From contig OZ287067.1 of assembly GCA_965645245.1 (NCBI GenBank), forward strand, positions 992,001 through 1,056,000: a DNA stretch of 64,000 nucleotides, given 5' to 3'. The position numbers were made by a program, and so were the translations under genes. Of this stretch, positions 25,101-36,900 are shown piece by piece; position 1 is the stretch's first letter, and each line of letters opens with the position of its first letter. The notes beneath the pieces are model-generated. The model did no database searches. It was not told the DNA's origin and was given only the letters and a program-made list of their open reading frames with translations. This DNA comes from Massalongia carnosa. Lineage: Eukaryota.

Positions 25101-25961
25101 TTCGTCAACTACGAACAAGACGACTGGGCGCGCCTGCTTCCGATGGCTGAGTTCGCGTACAACAATGCGAAAAACGCGAGTACTGGGCATACGCCGTTCG
25201 AGCTCAACTGTGGCTACCACCCCCGTGTCTCATATGAGGAAGACATCGACCCCCGTTCCAGGTCCAAGTCAGCAAATGAACTAGCTGCAGAACTAAAGGA
25301 CTTGATGGCTATCTGTAAGGAAAACCTTCAGCACGCACAAGAATGGCAGACAAAGGCCCACAACAAAGGAACCAAGCCACGGAGCTATGCACCTGGCGAT
25401 AAAGTTTGGTTGAACAGCAAATATATTAAGACCAAACGCAATCGCAAGCTAGAGGCTAAGTTCTTTGGGCCATTCCGTGTCTTGCAACCAGTGGGCAAGC
25501 AAGCCTACAAGCTGGAGCTTCCAAAGCGGTGGCGCATCCATGATGTCTTTCATGTATCACTGCTGGAGCAGGACACCACAAGGAAGGGGCGGGTGGACGA
25601 GAAGATCGCGGAACAGCTGGAATTCGAAGCTGGTAACGATGAGGAGTACGAGGTTGAAGGCATTTTGGATAGCGCGGTCTACGCCAAGGAGTCAGAAGCT
25701 GGCCACCTACCAGGCCTCTACTATCTGGTCTCCTGGAAGGGCTATCCAGAGGATGAAAGTACGTGGGAACCGGCGGCAGCGATCAAACACCTACGGAAGA
25801 TCGTCAAAGCCTACCATGAGGGTAACCCCACCAAGCCGACAGCAACCTCTCCTCCTATTGACACCGCACCGCCAATGGCTAAGCCAGCCGTTAAGCCTCA
25901 AGGCAAGAGGAAACGCGGCCGAACAGCTACCAGTACTCGGAGCAAGAAGGCGAAGAAGTAG
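22095..25961 (+). pseudogene. pol: Pol of C, interrupted by TAG at 24078-24080
   Basis: LIDSGSEVN, YLDD, TDASG, integrase, chromodomain; the frame continues after the stop (ELSR*NFRIDYRQG, where Y or F is expected). Confidence 0.92.
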
Positions 25962-26003
25962 AAGCCTCGGGGTTTCTCTCCTGCCACATGCTATGGAATC
26001 CAG

Positions 26004-26243
26004 GATCGGTTTTCCCTTCGTTTTCCCGTTATCTTATCAGGGTTTAAGGGTTTTTCATCGATCTTGAGAAGTCGGTTTTCCCTACGTTCTCCCATTGTCT
26101 TATCAGGGTTTTAGGGTTTTTCATCGATTTCGATAAAGTCGGTTTTCCTCCTCAGTTCCCACTGGGTTAGGAGGTTTTTCATTGACTTCGGAGGCCGGTT
26201 TTCCTCCTTGCTATCATACAAGGAAGGAGGTTTTTCACCGCCT
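26004..26243 (+). other. Four tandem ENE-like (U-rich internal loop) RNA elements in the 3' UTR of C
   Basis: Units 26004-26063, 26069-26130, 26136-26188 and 26192-26243 each read lower stem-TTTT-upper stem...upper stem'-TTTTT-CA-lower stem', with covarying upper stems. Confidence 0.85.
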
Positions 26244-26328
26244 GCCATACACATCATACCACCCACCTAACGTGTCGTTACTATCTACTACACGCTCGGC
26301 GGAGCTCGCGTCCTAGAGGGGAGGCAAT

Positions 26329-27358
26329 TGTAATACGGATGGCGCTAGAGGGATACGTGATCGCCTATGGCGGTTGCGGGATTAACTAGCGTGGACCATG
26401 CCGTAGTACGAAGTCGCATAAGCCGTCGAGGCTGACACACTGCCATCTTGCCCCGAAACTTCGGAGTTATTGTTATCACGTTCTTGACTACTTACAGATC
26501 AAACACCTGTCGAGGCCGTGGTGGTAGATTGCCATGGAGTGTAAGGCGGACTCCTGTGGAGACGCCAAGGAACTCTATATGGGATCTACTGGCCTACTCG
26601 GAGCTACTGGATCTCTTGATGGTTCAAGAGAGGTAGCAGGAGGCACGGCTCGCTGGACGCAGCTTGAGCTAGGCTCCCTGGTGTAAACTTCAGCTTCAAC
26701 CTTTATTACTACGTTGGTAGTGATGTCGGCTGAATGAACCTACATGACCTCGTTGTCTAGACCTTGTGTTTAGAGGCAGGTCCGCAGTGTAGCGAGGTAT
26801 TCAGTCGGAGGTAACCTTCCATCACTAGGTAGTGGTGACGGCGAAATGAAGCTACATAGCCTGAGGCATGTAGTGAGGGATCTAGCCGGGGGTAGAATTG
26901 TTCTACCTTGCAAGGGAAGGTCTAGAAGGCTGCTCGAGGCTGACTAGATGATCCAGCGAACGCCGAGTTCGTGGATGGATCCTGAGGGATGGTTGGATGT
27001 AATGCGATAAAGTCGGATGTGGATTGCAAGGCTGTAATGCTCGCAAGACTCCCAAGGCTTGCAAGGCTCCTAAGGTTCCAAGGCTCCCAAGGCTATAGGC
27101 TTGGGGTGAGTAGGATAAATATCAGAACGAATCTTGTAGTATTCGTTAGCAATTAGTCTTTATTCTATGAACAACCTACGTTTGGGTCTCGGACGAGATC
27201 TCTTGGTCTAAGCACTTCCACATCCATTAGTTCTTTGGATCACGTATACTCTCGGAGACTAGCACGTAGTAGCTATCTTCCTCCTCTCACGCTGAGCATT
27301 TCCCCTTTCGAGATCAGTGTCGCTCGTGATAAGCTTACTGGTCTCGTAGCCCATTACA
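26329..27358 (+). repeat. 3' LTR of C
   Basis: Direct repeat of 19833-20862. Confidence 0.97.
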
Positions 27359-30300
27359 AATTCAGATCTTTCTTTTGTTTATAATCATGAATTACTCATC
27401 TTGCTTTGTATTTCAGCACTTTTTAATTTCTGTCTTTCTTTATTTTGAACATTCAGCGATCGATGATCATCTTTCGATCGAACGATGCTCTTTTTAATGT
27501 TCATGTTTCATTTTTCATTAAAAATTGATACTCGATCTTCATGATCTTTTTTTATTGTTCTCAATGAGATGAGAACATTGTCTTCTTCAGAATCAGAGAT
27601 TCATCGAGATTCTCGTTGTTCTCGTTTCTTGTCAGAATAATCAACACTCGTATCATATGTACGTGAATTTTTGAAATCTGATCTGATTTAAATAAATTGA
27701 TGCTGAATCGAATGTTCTTCAACGTTCTTTGACTGAGAATTCTTATTCGTTCAGATTTTCGAGACTCGATAAGCTGACGAGAAATGTTCTTCACTTCATC
27801 GAAGTCATTCTTCTTTTCATTCTTCTCAATTTGATTTCTTTTCGAAGCATTTACTCTCATTGATTGAAGCGTTATTCGTGATGCTGATGAGATCATTTCT
27901 GATTGAACTTTCGAATTTCTCGATATTTCAGAGCTCGAAGTTATCGAAAATAAAGAAATTGAATGTTCGATTTCGTTTTTATCAACGAAGTCGTCTGAAT
28001 CATCAAACAAATCATCGTCGTTCTGCTTTCATGAAATGTCGACGAGATTTCAGACATTTTTGTTTTTGAGATCATATACATTGTCTTCATCGACAGTGAT
28101 ATCGCGACAAACATGAATCTTTTCGATAAAAGAATCGTAGATTCGAAATTGATTGTTTTCATCGTACTCGACAAATATTTTCTGTCAAAAACGATCATTC
28201 AGCTTCTTTTTTTTCTTCTTTGAGATGTGTATTCACGTTCTCGTTTCGATCGTTCTCATATGATCGAGAAAAAATTTCGCATCGTTCATGCGTTCATATA
28301 AAGTGATCTCGTCAATCTCGAGATTTTTATTCTTGATGTATTCGATCGTTTTCAGAATTTCTTTTCAAAGTGACTTTGAAAGTTTTTTAACTTTTATCAT
28401 GAATCGAATGAAAATCATGAAAATATAATTTTGTTTTTCGATCTTTTCATTCTGTTCAGACACATTTGATGCTCGAGTCTTTCATTGAATTTCTTTTTTC
28501 TTCAGAAATTTCTGAAAATCGTCATTGATGTACTTCTCTTCTTCATCAGCTCGAAGACTCTTCATTTTCTTTCTCGATTGATTTTTTATTCATGTTTTGA
28601 ACTGCTTGAAACATTCAAAAATTTGATCTTTTGTTTTCATCAAATAAATTCAAATTATCTCGAAATAATCGTCTATTATTGTAACATAAAAGCGTTCGTC
28701 AAATCTTGTCAGCGAGAATGATCTTCTCAAATCGCTATGCAGTAAATTCAGAAATCCTGTTGCTCGAATTCTTGAAATGCGATTTATTTTTCGTTGTTGT
28801 CTGTTCATCATGCATGAATCGCATACTTCTTTCGATATGAATTCTTCAATGATGATTTCTTTGATTAAATGATTTAATTTTAGAAGATTGAGATAACTGA
28901 AATGATCATGTCGTTCGTGTCATGTTTGGATAGAGACTTTTGTCGAATTTGTGATGACGAGAACTCGTGTCTCGATAAAGCTGATAATGATTGTCTGCAA
29001 AACATATTGATCGTTTATTGTTTTGATCAGTTCAATCATTCTTTCTTTATAAATCAATTGAGCGAGCTTGTCATTCGCTTTCAAATACGTTGATATGTTC
29101 TTCTTGTCGAATTGAATTGTGCTGATCAGATTGAATTTTAAATCGAAAATCAAAAGAACGTTGATCAAAATGAGATTCGTTACACTTTCATTTTCATTGT
29201 CGAGTGATACGAGCAGAGAATCTTTTTTTTCTGTTGATAACATCTTTTCGAAGCCTGTTTTCAAGCGATTGTTTTCATTTCGAAAAGTTTCTTCTTGAAA
29301 AAGGTCATTGTTGCATATAATGTGCGCGATGACATCGAAATCGATCAACAGATCGTGAGCATTCTTGAAATCTCGATACAGATTTGTCATACAAATAAGC
29401 GATGTCTTCTGAATTTTTTTCTTGAAGCATTTTCTTATTGTACAAACTATTTGAGATTTTGAGATTTCATTATCTTTTTTGCTTTCACAAACGCGTTTCA
29501 GATGATCAATCTTATTACACTTTTTACATGTAGCGTTGCTATGCCTGCATTTTTCGAAATGATTATAATCACAGCATTTACATTTGTTCTTATTCTCTTC
29601 GATGAGATTCTTCTTTTTCTTTGTTTTCAGCATGTTAGCTACGACGACAGGATTCTGACGCATACGAGTCTTTTCGTTCTTCAGGTTTTTTAATAAGTCG
29701 TTCAACGTCGAAAATTTGTTTTCTCGTCGAGCTTGTTCGTTCAGAATGATCAAATAAATGTTGAATGAACTGTCGAGTTCATTGAGAAGTTTGAGCACTA
29801 CAATGTGCTCAACGATCAAAATCATGTCGATGATTTCGAACTTGATGTTTCTGATTAGATTATCATACTTCTCGATGATCTTGCATTTTTCATAATTTAT
29901 TTTTTTCATTCGATTAAATGTGCTTCATTTCGCACTTCAATTTCTGAAAATGTATCGAATTTTCAGATGTTCTCAAAGATTCTTCGAGTCTCAAATGTTT
30001 TCATTGATTAAATCTCTCATCGACAAGAATTCCTGTTGCACGTCATTCGTGCACATTTTGTTTATTTTATCAATTACTCTTTTTTGTTTTTTCGAGAACT
30101 TTAGACGTTCAAGATTTCGTTTGTTTCGTTTTTTTAACTGTTTCTCTGTTTTCTTCGAGAATGTCTCATCAGCTTTTTGAAATGAAGAAAAAATTTCTCG
30201 AGACATTTTTCGAGCATCAGTCACGTAGTTTCAAAGTTTCGTCTTCTGCAGAGCGAAGATCATGTCTCTGAATCATTTCTTATAGTTTTCACTCCTCATT

Positions 30301-31801
30301 AGCTTTGAGAATGTGTATAAATTCTCTTCTCTGATCATGATGCCTTCGAGGTCGTTGAAGAGGAATGTAATGGGCTACGAGACCAGTAAGCTAATCACGA
30401 GCGACACTGATCTCGAAAGGGGAAATGCTCAGCGTGAGAGGTGGAAGATAGCTTCTACGTGCTGGTCTCCGAGAGTATACGTGATCCAAAGAACTAATGG
30501 ATGTGAAAGTGCTTAGACCAAGAGATCTCGTCCGAGACCCAAACGTAGGTTGTTCATAGAATAAAGACTAATTGCTAACGAATACTACAGGATTCGTTCT
30601 GGTATTTATCCTACTCACCCCAAGCCTATAGCCTTGGGAGCCTTGGAACCTTAGGAGCCTTGCAACCCACATCTGACCTTATCGCCTTACATCTAACCAT
30701 CCCTCAGGATCCATCTACGAACTCGGCGTTCGCTGGATCATCTAGTCAGCCTCGAGCAGCCTTCTAGACCTTCCCTTGCAAGGTAGAACACTTCTACCTC
30801 CGGCTAGATCTCTCGCCACATTGCTAGCCCGCCTCTAAACAGAAAGTCTAGACGCCGAGGCTACGTAGCTTCATTTCGCCGTCACCACTACCAACGTAGC
30901 GGTGGAAGGTTACCTCCGACTGAATCTCTGTCTACACTGCGGACCTGCCTCTAGACACAAGGTCTAGACCACAAGGTCATGTAGGTTCACTCAGTCGACA
31001 TCACTACCAACGTAGCAATAAAGGTGGAAGCTGAAGTTTACACCGGGGAGGCCGAGCTCAAGCTGCGTCCAGCTAGCCGTGCCTCCTGCTACAACTCTTG
31101 ATCCATCAAGAGATCGTGTAGCTCCGAGTAGGCCAGTAGATTCCATATAGAGTTCACGGCTAGTCTCCACAGGAGTTCGCCTTACACTCCATGGCAATCT
31201 ACCACCGCGGCCTCGACAGGTGTTTGATCTGTAAGCAGTCTAGAACGTAGTAACAACTAATCCGAAGTTGTGTGGCAAGGTGGCGTTGTGGCAAGATAGC
31301 GATGTGTCAAGGTGGCGATGTGGCAACCTCGACGGCTATGCTACTTCGTACTACGGCTTGGCTCATGCTAGTTAATCCCGCAACCGCCCTAGGCGATCAC
31401 GTATCCCTCTAGCGCCATCCGTATTACAAGGAAAGAGTTCTTTCGTTGAACGAAGCTTTGAAATAAATGAGAAGTATATGTATATATAATATAGGATGGA
31501 GTAGATGAGAGAGATGAAGGTGAGTTTGTTTGACAATCAATGTGGGGGCTTAATCAGACGTAGTAGAAGTAAGCCGGGCTCATAACCTAATAAATGATAA
31601 ATTCACGTGTAGGTGTTATAGCATGATTGTCATTGAAGGTGATTATCTATGTGGGCTATTTGTCTGCTTATATAGCAGTCACAAAACAGTTACACCTAGG
31701 AGCCTAAACAGTCATACTGTAGGCCTTCCATATCTGCCTATTAGACACCTCCCGAGACTCATGATGGATGCCTATATTGATGATGGCCTCATCATCTGAC
31801 A
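27359..31801 (-). mobile_element. Ty1/copia copy 2, RIP-degenerate, 3' part lost at element C
   Basis: Colinear with copy 1 from 13840 onward; PBS GGTTATGAGCCCGG (minus, 31574-31587); 5' LTR 31588-31801. Confidence 0.9.
30366..31428 (-). repeat. Solo LTR of a C-family variant, inserted in copia copy 2
   Basis: Diverged reverse complement of the C LTR with 5-bp TSD AGGAA (30361-30365, 31429-31433). Confidence 0.93.
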
Positions 31802-32154
31802 TTATAAACGAGGCTTGTCGAATTATCGTGTTCGTAGGCGTCGAGATTAGTACTAATTGCGATATATCGATGAATATTGATCTCTATCTTTGATCATCTT
31901 TAGATAACAATTATTCAGAACTTTCGATCTGAGACTGATCTTCACAAGACGAATCGAGATCTTTTCGAGAGAAAAGTGCTCGATGACGAAGAAAGAAGGA
32001 AAGAATTGTATAAATGCTTGATCGAAATAAGAAACAAAGCGATATTCGAAGACCTGATTCAGACGAATACGCATCGATTTTTTCAAATTCTTCAAAGATT
32101 CGAAAAGCTTCAAAGATGCTATACTCAGAATCTGAATGAACTGAAGACAAGAAC
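31802..32154 (+). pseudogene. Sirtuin (Hst3/Hst4-like) gene, 5' part, RIP-degenerate
   Basis: RIIVFVGVEISTNCDIS (from GAGIS..GIP), intron, NFRSETDL (from DFRS..GL), THRFFQIL..KLQRCYTQNLNELK (from YTQNIDGLE). Confidence 0.85.
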
Positions 32155-32758
32155 TGTGAGGACTGAATACGAACAGTGTGACTATATGGCGTCTATGTCA
32201 TGAAATGCCTCCGACCTCACCACGTGCCTCTATCACGTGCCTTGATCTGATGACTACTCACGGACGTCGTGCCATGCCTTCGGGACCCTCATATCATTCT
32301 TCGAATTCGCCGATTACTGATCATTAATCAGCCTCGCATTGATGATTTATTCCCGTCTTTCGACTATTATCATGTCTAATAGCTTCGCATTGATGTTTGA
32401 CATCTCCCGTCTCCTCGCTGACCCCATCGTGCTTATTGCCGCTATAATGCCCCTCATTCATCATCGCACTGACTAGACATCATTCGCCGCCACCCTAGAA
32501 AGATGAATATGGGAGGACAAAGATATAAGAAAGAAGCCGAATCATGGAAGTTCTGATTCTTTGTCGAACGTCTTGAATAGCCAACCTAGCCTAGCCTAGA
32601 TTCATAGCTATAGACTCAATCAATAAGCTTGACCATCAACCCACCTTGCCTTTGCCCTTGCCCTCGACCTGATTTCGTGACATTACGTTCGACCAACATT
32701 CAAAAGTGCCTTCCATAGCATTTTCCCTCATCTCCCTTTATCTCATTCCCCCTCAATC

Positions 32759-33901
32759 ATGTCTTCAGCAGAAGAGAACCTCTCCGAGCTGGATAAGCGT
32801 ATTCGATTCATTCAGGAACGTCTTCAGGCAGACCCTCAGCAATTCCTGAGTCAAATGGACAACCTAGAAGCCGAAGTAAACCAACTTCGCAACAATGCCA
32901 ATACCCCTTCTATTTCCGAGCCCATACCTATCTCAAATCCACCCCCCCCTACCTTGGATCCGCAAATCATGGCCATGATGCAGCTGCTCCTGGCGTCAAA
33001 AAACTCCCTCATCCGCTCCGAAAAGCTCCCGGACATCACGGAGTATGAGGGCGAAGAAGTCAAGCTGGATGCGTGGGAGCAGTCCCTGATTCAAAGAATG
33101 CATGTCAACAATGATCGATACCCGTTCGATCAAGCCAAAATTGCCTATGCCGAAAGCCGACTCACCATAGGCAAAAAGGCTCATAACCTAATGAATGCGT
33201 ACAGGGTCGATGGCCTTTGCGTACTCACCTCATTTGCTGAATGGCGATCAGCCCTCCGCCGCGCATGCGGAAATCCCTACGAGCAGGAGGATGCTCGCAA
33301 ATACCTTCGCGATATCCTCAAACAGGGAAGTAGTAGCTTCGAGGAGTACTACAACCTTTTTGCGCAGAAAAAAGACCGGTCCAAGATGGAAGATGCCAGC
33401 CTGATCGATGCCATGAAGGCAAATGTGAATTATTCAACCCAGACCGCAGCCCTAATGTATAGGGTCCCCGGAACCCAAAGGCAACCAACCACCTTCGACG
33501 AGCACGTCACCATGTGGTTGGAGACAGATCGTGGCCTTCGGCAGATCCGCCACATTGCCCCAAAGGCGAACACCACCACTATCACCCCGACACCGAAAAA
33601 GCCAAACCCGTTATCAGCACTTCCCCCGACAGTCGCTCCCGCTGCCAAAGCACCTGTCGCTTCTCCCGCCTCCCCTGCGCTGCTCATTGGCGACCCCATG
33701 GACCTAAGCTCTGCCATGGCAGCGGTGAAAGGCCAATCGCTCAAAACCGAGGGGGTCCGCAAAATCTGCGAAGACTGGAAGTTGTGTTTCTACTGCAAAT
33801 TGCAGCATCCAGGGAAGTCAGCAACTGACTGTCCCAACAAGCGAACCAACCTTCGGAGCATGGAGCTCGAAGCCCCTGATATTGAGCAGGGAAAAGCCTA
33901 G
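32759..33901 (+). CDS. gag: Gag of A2
   Basis: EKLPDITEYEG, DPMDLS, variant knuckle CFYCKLQHPGKSATDC; ends G GGA AAA GCC TAG. Confidence 0.95.
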   Translation: MSSAEENLSELDKRIRFIQERLQADPQQFLSQMDNLEAEVNQLRNNANTPSISEPIPISNPPPPTLDPQIMAMMQLLLASKNSLIRSEKLPDITEYEGEEVKLDAWEQSLIQRMHVNNDRYPFDQAKIAYAESRLTIGKKAHNLMNAYRVDGLCVLTSFAEWRSALRRACGNPYEQEDARKYLRDILKQGSSSFEEYYNLFAQKKDRSKMEDASLIDAMKANVNYSTQTAALMYRVPGTQRQPTTFDEHVTMWLETDRGLRQIRHIAPKANTTTITPTPKKPNPLSALPPTVAPAAKAPVASPASPALLIGDPMDLSSAMAAVKGQSLKTEGVRKICEDWKLCFYCKLQHPGKSATDCPNKRTNLRSMELEAPDIEQGKA

Positions 33902-36900
33902 TCTCTGCACATCGTCGCGTGCAGGGACTCCCCCCCCTTCTCATTTCCTCATGTTTGATGGCCAGTTTTTCCCCCTCTTTGAGATCCAATACGCGATTTT
34001 CCGCAGCCTCCGCTTTGGAGCTGTTTGAATCAGATAAGACGTTCAGAGACAGTCACATGGTGATGACAGGTATCTTGCGATTATCTAGATCTAGGATTAG
34101 AACGTATAATCTAATTGATTGTGGTGCATCTGGCTTTTCATTCATCGATGAGAAATTTGCGCATACTAACCAAATTCCCCTTCATCTTCTCAAATATCCC
34201 CGCCGGCTCGAAGGATTCGACGGCCAAAGGGCTCTATCCGGCAATATCACTCATGTGGCCGAAATCACCATGGATCTAGAAGGTCATGTAGAAAAACTCT
34301 TTCTATATGTCACCGGGTTAAAAAATTATCCCATTATCCTGGGCCATCCATGGCTCCGCCGGCATAACGCCATAGCCGATTTTGGGCATAATACGCTCAC
34401 CTTTGCCTCCCCCTACTGCCTCACTCACTGTTGCCCCCACCCCGTCAAGCTTCAAGCCGTTGAGGAAGAATTCCTCACCCCAGCCGAGAGTCGAAAAATC
34501 TGGGATGAAGAGATCCTCGAAGACGCCCTAGGAAAAGTTATCAATCAAGACACGTCTATCAGAACGTCGATAACTTCTCTAGAAGAGGGGGAAGAAATTC
34601 CCACAATCAAAAATTCTATTCCTGACAATCCCGTCAAAATCGAGGAATCCATCCCTTTGTTCAAAACCGCGCAGCGCGATTTCACCTTAATCAAACCCGA
34701 AATTAATGAACCCGAACCCCAGCCTCAAAACCCCACCGATGAACCCAGTCGCATTGAAAATGCAATCCAGCAAGGGCTTCCCCCCCCGAAAATCCGATAC
34801 CGAAGCCCGTCCAAATTGCGGACATCCACCCAAAGACGTGCTCATCAAGCAGCACGCAAAACCACCCCGCAGATGAATGTCTGCGAAATCGGAGCTATCT
34901 CCTTCAATCGACTGACTCGGAAGAAAAACCACGATAGTTTCGCCCTGTCCATGAAAGAAATTGACCTCTTTCTAGGAAAAACCAACCCCGAACCTCTAGT
35001 AATGAAAGCCTCACCTAGTTCAGCCCCCGATTTGATCGAAAAAGCCAAAAAACCCAGCCCAGCCTACCAACCATTGCCATCTGGAGCAAGCCCGCACGAG
35101 AAAGAAATCCACCTAGCCTTATTTAAGATGAATAAGGCCCTAACCCTAGCCACCGCCGTGACTCGTGAAGAGTTAGACGCTTACCGAGAAAGTAAGAACG
35201 TCGACCCAGCCCCCCTTCTGCCAAAGCAATACCACGAATTCCTAGATGTCTTCTCGAAGAAGAAATCCGAAGACTTGCCCCCCCGCCGTCCCTACGATCA
35301 TGCCATAAACCTGAAAGAAGGTACGCAGGCCCCTAGTCAGGCCCTGTATGGTATGAGTCGTACCGAAATCGAGGAGCTCCGCCGCTACCTCGACGAAAAT
35401 CTAGCCAAGGGATTTATTCGGGCTAGTCGCTCCCACGCCGCCTCCCCGGTGATGTTCGTGAAAAAGCCAGGTGGGGGACTTCGATTTTGCGTGGATTATC
35501 GTGCTCTGAATGCCATCACGATTAAGGATCGCTATCCGCTGCCCTTGATCGCCGAGACCCTGCACCAATTAATCAAAGCCAAGATATTCACCAAGATAGA
35601 CATCATCGCCGCCTTCAATATGCTCCGCATACGAGAAGGAGACGAAGAACTCACCGCTTTTCGCACTCGTTTCGGCCTTTTCGAGTCCTTGGTCCTACCC
35701 TTCGGCCTATGCAACGGGCCCGCCTCATTTCAGCACTTCATCAACGATACGCTTCACGAGTATCTTGCTGACTTTTGCACTGCGTACCTAGATGATATCC
35801 TCATCTACAGTGACAATGAGCTGGAGCACGAGGTCCACGTCAAAAAAATCCTGTCTCGACTCCGAGATGCAGGCCTGCAAGCCGACATCACCAAGTGCAA
35901 GTTCCATGTCACCGAAATTGCATACCTAGGGATGATCGTGACCACCGAAGGGATAAAAATGGACCCGGCCAAGGTGGAAACCGTCGTCAATTGGCCAAAC
36001 CTCGTCAATGTGAAAGATGTGCAAAGCTTTCTGGGTTTTGCTAACTTTTATAGACGATTCGTGTATGGGTTTAGCGACATAGCTGGCCCCCTAACCAACC
36101 TGACCAAGAAGGAGACGGAATTCCTGTGGACTGACAAATGCCAATTGGCATTCGAAATGCTGAAAAAAGCTTTCACCTCCGATGTCATTCTCAGGCATTT
36201 CGACCCCGATCGTCCCATCATCGTCGAAACCGATGCCTCCGACTATGTTTCGGGGGGCATTCTTTCTCAATACGACGATGATGGGATACTTCACCCCGTC
36301 GCCTACTTCTCAAAGAAGCACAATCCCGCCGAGTGCAACTACGAGATCTATGACAAAGAACTGATGGCAATCGTTCGATGTTTTGAAGAATGGCGACCCG
36401 AACTAGAAGGATCTGCCTTCCCCATCAGCGTCATATCCGACCACAAAAACCTGGAGTATTTTGCCTCCACCAAGCAGCTCAGCCGTCGCCAAGCTAGATG
36501 GAGCGAATTTCTCTCTCGATTTGACTTCAAGATAGTCTATCGACCAGGAAAAGCCGGAGGAAAACCGGACGCTCTAACTCGTCGATCGGGAGATCTTCCT
36601 AAAGAAGGGGATGATACGGACGAGCGAAGGAAATTTCAACACCAAACCATTTTGAAAACCGAAAACCTGGATGAGGAAGTCGCAAAAAGTTATTTGCGAT
36701 CCATTCTTCTGGCACCAGCTTTCCTAGATGATGCAGATATCGAAGAAGCAGAACCTCAGCTAGATGAGGACCTCATCGATCCCGATGAGGATATCTCCAC
36801 GGAGCTCCTCTGGGAACAAGCCCTGACACGAGACCAATTCGCCCCCGAAGTCCTGGAAGCCCTTCGTAATAACGAGAGGCATCACAATCGAATCCAATTA

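Larger units (their letters stand above)
19833..27358 (+). mobile_element. Full-length Ty3/gypsy chromovirus family C (pol has a nonsense codon; no matching TSD)
   Basis: 1030-bp LTRs 19833-20862 and 26329-27358 (one difference seen: GTGTTGCTC vs GTGTCGCTC); PPT AGAGGGGAGG; flanks CGCCC / AATTC. Confidence 0.97.

Noticed and set aside
26004..26243. CRISPR-like repeat/spacer array or rho-independent terminators
   Set aside because: Eukaryotic retrotransposon UTR, no cas genes, units are not identical, and the variable parts are self-complementary stems; ENE fits better
13330..31801. Copia copies 1 and 2 as two halves of one element or a segmental duplication
   Set aside because: Both contain the same 5' LTR-gag-IN portion and have different outer flanks, so they are independent insertions
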